Positions 40,201-52,200 of a stretch of 64,000 bases of DNA are shown here, one piece after another. Each line of letters starts with the position of its first letter. Position 1 is the stretch's first letter. Under the pieces are notes generated by a model. The model was not told the origin of the DNA. It made no database searches and saw nothing but the letters and a program-made list of their open reading frames with translations. The DNA is from the human T2T-CHM13v2.0 reference genome, Homo sapiens. The position numbers were made by a program, and so were the translations under genes. The DNA is taken from assembly GCF_009914755.1 (NCBI RefSeq), contig NC_060942.1; one strand, written 5' to 3'.

Positions 40201-43200
40201 GAATCACTCCTTTTGTAGTATCTGGAAGTGGACATTTGGAGCGCTTTCAGGCCTATGTTGGAAAAGGAAATATCTTCCCATAACAACTAGACAGAAGCAT
40301 TCTCAGAAACTTATTTGAGATGTGTGTACTCAACTAAGAGAATTGAACCACCGTTTTGAAGGAGCAGTTTTGAAACACTCTTTTTCTGGAATCTGCAAGT
40401 GGATATTTGGCTAGCTTTGGGGATTTCGCTGGAAGCGGGAATACATATAAAAAGCACACAGCAGCGTTCTGAGAAACTGCTTTCTGATGTTTGCATTCAA
40501 GTCAAAAGATGAACACTCCCTTTCATAGAGCAGTCCTGAAACACCCCTTTTGTAGTATCTGGAACTGGACTTTTGGAGCGCTTTCAGGGCTAAGGTGAAA
40601 AAGGAAATATCTTCCCATAAAAACTGGACAGAAGCATTCTCAGAAACTTGTTTATGCTGTATCTACTCAACTAACAAAGTTGAACCTTTCTTTTGATAGA
40701 GCAGTTTTGAAATGCTCTTTTTGTGGAATCTGCAAGTGGATATTTGGCTAGTTTTGAGGATTTCGTTGGAAGCGGGAATTCATACAAATTGCAGACTGCA
40801 GCGTTCTGAGAAACATCTTTGTGATGTTTGTATTCAGGACACAGAGTTGAACATTCCCTATCATAGAGCAGGTTGGAATCACTCCTTTTGTAGTATCTGG
40901 AAGTGGACATTTGGAGCGCTTTCAGGCCTATGTTGAAAAAGGAAATATCTTCCCATAACAACTAGACACAAGCATTCTCAGAAACTTGTTTGTGATGTGT
41001 GCCCTCTACTGACAGAGTTGAACCTTTCTTTTCATAGAGCAGTTTTGAAACACTCTTTTTGTAGAATCTGCAAGAGGATATTTGCATAGCTTTGAGGATT
41101 TCGTGGGAAACGGGATTGTCTTCAGGTAAAATCTAGACAGAAGCATTCTCAGAAACTTCTTTGGGATGTTTGCATTCAAGTCACAGAGCAGAACATTCCC
41201 TTTGGTAGAGCAGGTTTGAAACACTCTTTTTGTAGTATCTGGAAGTGGACATTTGGAGCGCTTTCAGGCCTATGTTGGAAAGGGAAATATCTTCCCGTAA
41301 CAACTAGGCAGAAGCATTCTCAGAAACTTATTTGAGATGTGTGTACTCAACTAAGAGAATTGAACCACCGTTTTGAAGGAGCAGTTTTGAAACACTCTTT
41401 TTCTGGAATCTGCAAGAGGATATTTGCCTAGCCTTGAGGATTTCGTTGGAAACGGGATTGTCTTCAGATCAAATCTAGACAGAAGCATTCTCAGAAACTT
41501 CTTTGGGATGTTTGCATTCAAGTCACAGAGTAGAACATTCCCTTTGGTAGAGCAGGTTTGAAACACTCTTTTTTTAGTATATGGAAGTGGACATTTGGAG
41601 CGCTTTCAGGCCTACGTTGGAAAAGGAAATATCTTCCCATAACAACTAGACAGAAGCATTCTCAGAAACTAGTTTCTGATGTGTGTCCTCAACTAACACA
41701 GTTGAACATTTCTTTAGACAGAACAGTTTTGAAACACTCTTTTTGTGGAATCTGCAAGTGGCTATTTGGCTAGATTTGAGGATTTCGTTGGAAACGGGAT
41801 TACATATAAAAAGCAGACAGCAGCATTCTCAGAAAGTTCTTTGTGATGATTGCATTCAAGTCACAGAATTGAACATTCCCTTTCACAGAGCAGGTTTGAA
41901 ACACTCTTTTTGTAGTGTGTGTAAGTGGACATTTGGAGCACTTTCCGGCCTAAGGTGAAAAAGGAAATATCTTCCCATAAAAACTAGACAGAAGCATTCT
42001 CAGAAACTTACTCGTGATGTGTGTCCTCAACTAAAGGAGTAGAACCTTTCTTTTCATAGAGAAGTTTTGAAACGCTCTTTTTGTGGAATCTGCAAGTGGA
42101 TATTTGGCTAGTTTTGAGGATTTCGTTGGAAGCGGGAATTCATACAAATTGCAGACTGCAGCGTTCTGAGAAACATCTTTGTGATGTTTGTATTCAGGAC
42201 ACAGAGTTGAACATTCCCTATCATAGAGCAGGTTTGAATCACTCCTTTTGTAGTATCTGGAAGTGGACATTTGGAGCGCTTTCAGGCCTATGTTGGAAAA
42301 GGAAATATCTTCCCATAACAACTAGACAGAAGCATTCTCAGAAACTTATTTGAGATGTGTGTACTCAACTAAGAGAATTGAACCACCGTTTTGAAGGAGC
42401 AGTTTTGAAACACTCTTTTTCTGGAATCTGCAAGTGGATATTTGGCTAGCTTTGGGGATTTCGCTGGAAGCGGGAATACATATAAAAAGCACACAGCAGC
42501 GTTCTGAGAAACTGCTTTCTGATGTTTGCATTCAAGTCAAAAGTTGAACACTCCCTTTCATAGAGCAGTCCTGAAACACCCCTTTTGTAGTATCTGGAAC
42601 TGGACTTTTGGAGCGCTTTCAGGGCTAAGGTGAAAAAGGAAATATCTTCCCATAAAAACTGGACAGAAGCATTCTCAGAAACTTGTTTATGCTGTATCTA
42701 CTCAACTAACAAAGTTGAACCTTTCTTTTGATAGAGCAGTTTTGAAATGCTCTTTTTGTGGAATCTGCAAGTGGATATTTGGCTAGTTTTGAGGATTTCG
42801 TTGGAAGCGGGAATTCATACAAATTGCAGACTGCAGCGTTCTGAGAAACATCTTTGTGATGTTTGTATTCAGGACAGAGAGTTGAACATTCCCTATCATA
42901 GAGCAGGTTGGAATCACTCCTTTTGTAGTATCTGGAAGTGGACATTTGGAGCGCTTTCAGGCCTATGTTGAAAAAGGAAATATCTTCCCATAACAACTAG
43001 ACACAAGCATTCTCAGAAACTTGTTTGTGATGTGTGCCCTCTACTGACAGAGTTGAACCTTTCTTTTCATAGAGCAGTTTTGAAACACTCTTTTTGTAGA
43101 ATCTGCAAGAGGATATTTGCATAGCTTTGAGGATTTCGTGGGAAACGGGATTGTCTTCAGGTAAAATCTAGACAGAAGCATTCTCAGAAACTTCTTTGGG

Positions 43201-46200
43201 ATGTTTGCATTCAAGTCACAGAGCAGAACATTCCCTTTGGTAGAGCAGGTTTGAAACACTCTTTTTGTAGTATCTGGAAGTGGACATTTGGAGCGCTTTC
43301 AGGCCTATGTTGGAAAGGGAAATATCTTCCCGTAACAACTAGGCAGAAGCATTCTCAGAAACTTATTTGAGATGTGTGTACTCAACTAAGAGAATTGAAC
43401 CACCGTTTTGAAGGAGCAGTTTTGAAACACTCTTTTTCTGGAATCTGCAAGAGGATATTTGCCTAGCCTTGAGGATTTCGTTGGAAACGGGATTGTCTTC
43501 AGATCAAATCTAGACAGAAGCATTCTCAGAAACTTCTTTGGGATGTTTGCATTCAAGTCACAGAGTAGAACATTCCCTTTGGTAGAGCAGGTTTGAAACA
43601 CTCTTTTTTTAGTATATGGAAGTGGACATTTGGAGCGCTTTCAGGCCTACGTTGGAAAAGGAAATATCTTCCCATAACAACTAGACAGAAGCATTCTCAG
43701 AAACTAGTTTCTGATGTGTGTCCTCAACTAACACAGTTGAACATTTCTTTAGACAGAACAGTTTTGAAACACTCTTTTTGTGGAATCTGCAAGTGGCTAT
43801 TTGGCTAGATTTGAGGATTTCGTTGGAAACGGGATTACATATAAAAAGCAGACAGCAGCATTCTCAGAAAGTTCTTTGTGATGATTGCATTCAAGTCACA
43901 GAATTGAACATTCCCTTTCACAGAGCAGGTTTGAAACACTCTTTTTGTAGTGTGTGTAAGTGGACATTTGGAGCACTTTCCGGCCTAAGGTGAAAAAGGA
44001 AATATCTTCCCATAAAAACTAGACAGAAGCATTCTCAGAAACTTACTCGTGATGTGTGTCCTCAACTAAAGGAGTAGAACCTTTCGTTTCATAGAGAAGT
44101 TTTGAAACGCTCTTTTTGTGGAATCTGCAAGTGGATATTTGGCTAGTTTTGAGGATTTCGTTGGAAGCGGGAATTCATACAAATTGCAGACTGCAGCGTT
44201 CTGAGAAACATCTTTGTGATGTTTGTATTCAGGACACAGAGTTGAACATTCCCTATCATAGAGCAGGTTTGAATCACTCCTTTTGTAGTATCTGGAAGTG
44301 GACATTTGGAGCGCTTTCAGGCCTATGTTGGAAAAGGAAATATCTTCCCATAACAACTAGACAGAAGCATTCTCAGAAACTTATTTGAGATGTGTGTACT
44401 CAACTAAGAGAATTGAACCACCGTTTTGAAGGAGCAGTTTTGAAACACTCTTTTTCTGGAATCTGCAAGTGGATATTTGGCTAGCTTTGGGGATTTCGCT
44501 GGAAGCGGGAATACATATAAAAAGCACACAGCAGCGTTCTGAGAAACTGCTTTCTGATGTTTGCATTCAAGTCAAAAGTTGAACACTCCCTTTCATAGAG
44601 CAGTCCTGAAACACCCCTTTTGTAGTATCTGGAACTGGACTTTTGGAGAGCTTTCAGGGCTAAGGTGAAAAAGGAAATATCTTCCCATAAAAACTGGACA
44701 GAAGCATTCTCAGAAACTTGTTTATGCTGTATCTACTCAACTAACAAAGTTGAACCTTTCTTTTGATAGAGCAGTTTTGAAATGCTCTTTTTGTGGAATC
44801 TGCAAGTGGATATTTGGCTAGTTTTGAGGATTTGGTTGGAAGCGGGAATTCATACAAATTGCAGACTGCAGCGTTCTGAGAAACATCTTTGTGATGTTTG
44901 TATTCAGGACAGAGAGTTGAACATTCCCTATCATAGAGCAGGTTGGAATCACTCCTTTTGTAGTATCTGGAAGTGGACATTTGGAGCGCTTTCAGGCCTA
45001 TGTTGAAAAAGGAAATATCTTCCCATAACAACTAGACACAAGCATTCTCAGAAACTTGTTTGTGATGTGTGCCCTCTACTGACAGAGTTGAACCTTTCTT
45101 TTCATAGAGCAGTTTTGAAACACTCTTTTTGTAGAATCTGCAAGAGGATATTTGCATAGCTTTGAGGATTTCGTGGGAAACGGGATTGTCTTCAGGTAAA
45201 ATCTAGACAGAAGCATTCTCAGAAACTTCTTTGGGATGTTTGCATTCAAGTCACAGAGCAGAACATTCCCTTTGGTAGAGCAGGTTTGAAACACTCTTTT
45301 TGTAGTATCTGGAAGTGGACATTTGGAGCGCTTTCAGGCCTATGTTGGAAAGGGAAATATCTTCCCGTAACAACTAGGCAGAAGCATTCTCAGAAACTTA
45401 TTTGAGATGTGTGTACTCAACTAAGAGAATTGAACCACCGTTTTGAAGGAGCAGTTTTGAAACACTCTTTTTCTGGAATCTGCAAGAGGATATTTGCCTA
45501 GCCTTGAGGATTTCGTTGGAAACGGGATTGTCTTCAGATCAAATCTAGACAGAAGCATTCTCAGAAACTTCTTTGGGATGTTTGCATTCATGTCACAGAG
45601 TAGAACATTCCCTTTGGTAGAGCAGGTTTGAAACACTCTTTTTTAAGTATATGGAAGTGGACATTTGGAGCGCTTTCAGGCCTACGTTGGAAAAGGAAAT
45701 ATCTTCCCATAACAACTAGACAGAAGCATTCTCAGAAACTAGTTTCTGAGGTGTGTCCTCAACTAACACAGTTGAACATTTCTTTAGACAGAACAGTTTT
45801 GAAACACTCTTTTTGTGGAATCTGCAAGTGGCTATTTGGCTAGATTTGAGGATTTCGTTGGAAACGGGATTACATATAAAAAGCAGACAGCAGCATTCTC
45901 AGAAAGTTCTTTGTGATGATTGCATTCAAGTCACAGAATTGAACATTCCCTTTCACAGAGCAGGTTTGAAACACTCTTTTTGTAGTGTGTGTAAGTGGAC
46001 ATTTGGAGCACTTTCCGGCCTAAGGTGAAAAAGGAAATATCTTCCCATAAAAACTAGACAGAAGCATTCTCAGAAACTTACTCGTGATGTGTGTCCTCAA
46101 CTAAAGGAGTAGAACCTTTCTTTTCATAGAGAAGTTTTGAAACGCTCTTTTTGTGGAATCTGCAAGTGGATATTTGGCTAGTTTTGAGGATTTCGTTGGA

Positions 46201-49200
46201 AGCGGGAATTCATACAAATTGCAGACTGCAGCGTTCTGAGAAACATCTTTGTGATGTTTGTATTCAGGACACAGAGTTGAACATTCCCTATCATAGAGCA
46301 GGTTTGAATCACTCCTTTTGTAGTATCTGGAAGTGGACATTTGGAGCGCTTTCAGGCCTATGTTGGAAAAGGAAATATCTTCCCATAACAACTAGACAGA
46401 AGCATTCTCAGAAACTTATTTGAGATGTGTGTACTCAACTAAGAGAATTGAACCACCGTTTTGAAGGAGCAGTTTTGAAACACTCTTTTTCTGGAATCTG
46501 CAAGTGGATATTTGGCTAGCTTTGGGGATTTCGCTGGAAGCGGGAATACATATAAAAAGCACACAGCAGCGTTCTGAGAAACTGCTTTCTGATGTTTGCA
46601 TTCAAGTCAAAAGTTGAACACTCCCTTTCATAGAGCAGTCTTGAAACACCCCTTTTGTAGTATCTGGAACTGGACTTTTGAAGCGCTTTCAGGGCTAAGG
46701 TGAAAAAGGAAATATCTTCCCATAAAAACTGGACAGAAGCATTCTCAGAAACTTGTTTATGCTGTATCTACTCAACTAACAAAGTTGAACCTTTCTTTTG
46801 ATAGAGCAGTTTTGAAATGCTCTTTTTGTGGAATCTGCAAGTGGATATTTGGCTAGTTTTGAGGATTTCGTTGGAAGCGGGAATTCATACAAATTGCAGA
46901 CTGCAGCGTTCTGAGAAACATCTTTGTGATGTTTGTATTCAGGACAGAGAGTTGAACATTCCCTATCATAGAGCAGGTTGGAATCACTCCTTTTGTAGTA
47001 TCTGGAAGTGGACATTTGGAGCGCTTTCAGGCCTATGTTGAAAAAGGAAATATCTTCCCATAACAACTAGACACAAGCATTCTCAGAAACTTGTTTGTGA
47101 TGTGTGCCCTCTACTGACAGAGTTGAACCTTTCTTTTCATAGAGCAGTTTTGAAACACTCTTTTTGTAGAATCTGCAAGAGGATATTTGCATAGCTTTGA
47201 GGATTTCGTGGGAAACGGGATTGTCTTCAGGTAAAATCTAGACAGAAGCATTCTCAGAAACTTCTTTGGGATGTTTGCATTCAAGTCACAGAGTAGAACA
47301 TTCCCTTTGGTAGAGCAGGTTTGAAACACTCTTTTTGTAGTATCTGGAAGTGGACATTTGGAGCGCTTTCAGGCCTATGTTGGAAAGGGAAATATCTTCC
47401 CGTAACAACTAGGCAGAAGCATTCTCAGAAACTTATTTGAGATGTGTGTACTCAACTAAGAGAATTGAACCACCGTTTTGAAGGAGCAGTTTTGAAACAC
47501 TCTTTTTCTGGAATCTGCAAGAGGATATTTGCCTAGCCTTGAGGATTTCGTTGGAAACGGGATTGTCTTCAGATCAAATCTAGACAGAAGCATTCTCAGA
47601 AACTTCTTTGGGATGTTTGCATTCAAGTCACAGAGTAGAACATTCCCTTTGGTAGAGCAGGTTTGAAACACTCTTTTTTTAGTATATGGAAGTGGACATT
47701 TGGAGCGCTTTCAGGCCTACGTTGGAAAAGGAAATATCTTCCCATAACAACTAGACAGAAGCATTCTCAGAAACTAGTTTCTGAGGTGTGTCCTCAACTA
47801 ACACAGTTGAACATTTCTTTAGACAGAACAGTTTTGAAACACTCTTTTTGTGGAATCTGCAAGTGGCTATTTGGCTAGATTTGAGGATTTCGTTGGAAAC
47901 GGGATTACATATAAAAAGCAGACAGCAGCATTCTCAGAAAGTTCTTTGTGATGATTGCATTCAAGTCACAGAATTGAACATTCCCTTTCACAGAGCAGGT
48001 TTGAAACACTCTTTTTGTAGTGTGTGTAAGTGGACATTTGGAGCACTTTCCGGCCTAAGGTGAAAAAGGAAATATCTTCCCATAAAAACTAGACAGAAGC
48101 ATTCTCAGAAACTTACTCGTGATGTGTGTCCTCAACTAAAGGAGTAGAACCTTTCTTTTCATAGAGAAGTTTTGAAACGCTCTTTTTGTGGAATCTGCAA
48201 GTGGATATTTGGCTAGTTTTGAGGATTTCGTTGGAAGCGGGAATTCATACAAATTGCAGACTGCAGCGTTCTGAGAAACATCTTTGTGATGTTTGTATTC
48301 AGGACACAGAGTTGAACATTCCCTATCATAGAGCAGGTTTGAATCACTCCTTTTGTAGTATCTGGAAGTGGACATTTGGAGCGCTTTCAGGCCTATGTTG
48401 GAAAAGGAAATATCTTCCCATAACAACTAGACAGAAGCATTCTCAGAAACTTATTTGAGATGTGTGTACTCAACTAAGAGAATTGAACCACCGTTTTGAA
48501 GGAGCAGTTTTGAAACACTCTTTTTCTGGAATCTGCAAGTGGATATTTGGCTAGCTTTGGGGATTTCGCTGGAAGCGGGAATACATATAAAAAGCACACA
48601 GCAGCGTTCTGAGAAACTGCTTTCTGATGTTTGCATTCAAGTCAAAAGTTGAACACTCCCTTTCATAGAGCAGTCCTGAAACACCCCTTTTGTAGTATCT
48701 GGAACTGGACTTTTGGAGCGCTTTCAGGGCTAAGGTGAAAAAGGAAATATCTTCCCATAAAAACTGGACAGAAGCATTCTCAGAAACTTGTTTATGCTGT
48801 ATCTACTCAACTAACAAAGTTGAACCTTTCTTTTGATAGAGCAGTTTTGAAATGCTCTTTTTGTGGAATCTGCAAGTGGATATTTGGCTAGTTTTGAGGA
48901 TTTCGTTGGAAGCGGGAATTCATACAAATTGCAGACTGCAGCGTTCTGAGAAACATCTTTGTGATGTTTGTATTCAGGACAGAGAGTTGAACATTCCCTA
49001 TCATAGAGCAGGTTGGAATCACTCCTTTTGTAGTATCTGGAAGTGGACATTTGGAGCGCTTTCAGGCCTATGTTGAAAAAGGAAATATCTTCCCATAACA
49101 ACTAGACACAAGCATTCTCAGAAACTTGTTTGTGATGTGTGCCCTCTACTGACAGAGTTGAACCTTTCTTTTCATAGAGCAGTTTTGAAACACTCTTTTT

Positions 49201-52200
49201 GTAGAATCTGCAAGAGGATATTTGCATAGCTTTGAGGATTTCGTGGGAAACGGGATTGTCTTCAGGTAAAATCTAGACAGAAGCATTCTCAGAAACTTCT
49301 TTGGGATGTTTGCATTCAAGTCACAGAGCAGAACATTCCCTTTGGTAGAGCAGGTTTGAAACACTCTTTTTGTAGTATCTGGAAGTGGACATTTGGAGCG
49401 CTTTCAGGCCTATGTTGGAAAGGGAAATATCTTCCCGTAACAACTAGGCAGAAGCATTCTCAGAAACTTATTTGAGATGTGTGTACTCAACTAAGAGAAT
49501 TGAACCACCGTTTTGAAGGAGCAGTTTTGAAACACTCTTTTTCTGGAATCTGCAAGAGGATATTTGCCTAGCCTTGAGGATTTCGTTGGAAACGGGATTG
49601 TCTTCAGATCAAATCTAGACAGAAGCATTCTCAGAAACTTCTTTGGGATGTTTGCATTCAAGTCACAGAGTAGAACATTCCCTTTGGTAGAGCAGGTTTG
49701 AAACACTCTTTTTTTAGTATATGGAAGTGGACATTTGGAGCGCTTTCAGGCCTACGTTGGAAAAGGAAATATCTTCCCATAACAACTAGACAGAAGCATT
49801 CTCAGAAACTAGTTTCTGATGTGTGTCCTCAACTAACACAGTTGAACATTTCTTTAGACAGAACAGTTTTGAAACACTCTTTTTGTGGAATCTGCAAGTG
49901 GCTATTTGGCTAGATTTGAGGATTTCGTTGGAAACGGGATTACATATAAAAAGCAGACAGCAGCATTCTCAGAAAGTTCTTTGTGATGATTGCATTCAAG
50001 TCACAGAATTGAACATTCCCTTTCACAGAGCAGGTTTGAAACACTCTTTTTGTAGTGTGTGTAAGTGGACATTTGGAGCACTTTCCGGCCTAAGGTGAAA
50101 AAGGAAATATCTTCCCATAAAAACTAGACAGAAGCATTCTCAGAAACTTACTCGTGATGTGTGTCCTCAACTAAAGGAGTAGAACCTTTCTTTTCATAGA
50201 GAAGTTTTGAAACGCTCTTTTTGTGGAATCTGCAAGTGGATATTTGGCTAGTTTTGAGGATTTCGTTGGAAGCGGGAATTCATACAAATTGCAGACTGCA
50301 GCGTTCTGAGAAACATCTTTGTGATGTTTGTATTCAGGACACAGAGTTGAACATTCCCTATCATAGAGCAGGTTTGAATCACTCCTTTTGTAGTATCTGG
50401 AAGTGGACATTTGGAGCGCTTTCAGGCCTATGTTGGAAAAGGAAATATCTTCCCATAACAACTAGACAGAAGCATTCTCAGAAACTTATTTGAGATGTGT
50501 GTACTCAACTAAGAGAATTGAACCACCGTTTTGAAGGAGCAGTTTTGAAACACTCTTTTTCTGGAATCTGCAAGTGGATATTTGGCTAGCTTTGGGGATT
50601 TCGCTGGAAGCGGGAATACATATAAAAAGCACACAGCAGCGTTCTGAGAAACTGCTTTCTGATGTTTGCATTCAAGTCAAAAGTTGAACACTCCCTTTCA
50701 TAGAGCAGTCCTGAAACACCCCTTTTGTAGTATCTGGAACTGGACTTTTGGAGCGCTTTCAGGGCTAAGGTGAAAAAGGAAATATCTTCCCATAAAAACT
50801 GGACAGAAGCATTCTCAGAAACTTGTTTATGCTGTATCTACTCAACTAACAAAGTTGAACCTTTCTTTTGATAGAGCAGTTTTGAAATGCTCTTTTTGTG
50901 GAATCTGCAAGTGGATATTTGGCTAGTTTTGAGGATTTCGTTGGAAGCGGGAATTCATACAAATTGCAGACTGCAGCGTTCTGAGAAACATCTTTGTGAT
51001 GTTTGTATTCAGGACAGAGAGTTGAACATTCCCTATCATAGAGCAGGTTGGAATCACTCCTTTTGTAGTATCTGGAAGTGGACATTTGGAGCGCTTTCAG
51101 GCCTATGTTGAAAAAGGAAATATCTTCCCATAACAACTAGACACAAGCATTCTCAGAAACTTGTTTGTGATGTGTGCCCTCTACTGACAGAGTTGAACCT
51201 TTCTTTTCATAGAGCAGTTTTGAAACACTCTTTTTGTAGAATCTGCAAGAGGATATTTGCATAGCTTTGAGGATTTCGTGGGAAACGGGATTGTCTTCAG
51301 GTAAAATCTAGACAGAAGCATTCTCAGAAACTTCTTTGGGATGTTTGCATTCAAGTCACAGAGCAGAACATTCCCTTTGGTAGAGCAGGTTTGAAACACT
51401 CTTTTTGTAGTATCTGGAAGTGGACATTTGGAGCGCTTTCAGGCCTATGTTGGAAAGGGAAATATCTTCCCGTAACAACTAGGCAGAAGCATTCTCAGAA
51501 ACTTATTTGAGATGTGTGTACTCAACTAAGAGAATTGAACCACCGTTTTGAAGGAGCAGTTTTGAAACACTCTTTTTCTGGAATCTGCAAGAGGATATTT
51601 GCCTAGCCTTGAGGATTTCGTTGGAAACGGGATTGTCTTCAGATCAAATCTAGACAGAAGCATTCTCAGAAACTTCTTTGGGATGTTTGCATTCAAGTCA
51701 CAGAGTAGAACATTCCCTTTGGTAGAGCAGGTTTGAAACACTCTTTTTTTAGTATATGGAAGTGGACATTTGGAGCGCTTTCAGGCCTACGTTGGAAAAG
51801 GAAATATCTTCCCATAACAACTAGACAGAAGCATTCTCAGAAACTAGTTTCTGATGTGTGTCCTCAACTAACACAGTTGAACATTTCTTTAGACAGAACA
51901 GTTTTGAAACACTCTTTTTGTGGAATCTGCAAGTGGCTATTTGGCTAGATTTGAGGATTTCGTTGGAAACGGGATTACATATAAAAAGCAGACAGCAGCA
52001 TTCTCAGAAAGTTCTTTGTGATGATTGCATTCAAGTCACAGAATTGAACATTCCCTTTCACAGAGCAGGTTTGAAACACTCTTTTTGTAGTGTGTGTAAG
52101 TGGACATTTGGAGCACTTTCCGGCCTAAGGTGAAAAAGGAAATATCTTCCCATAAAAACTAGACAGAAGCACTCTCAGAAACTTACTCGTGATGTGTGTC

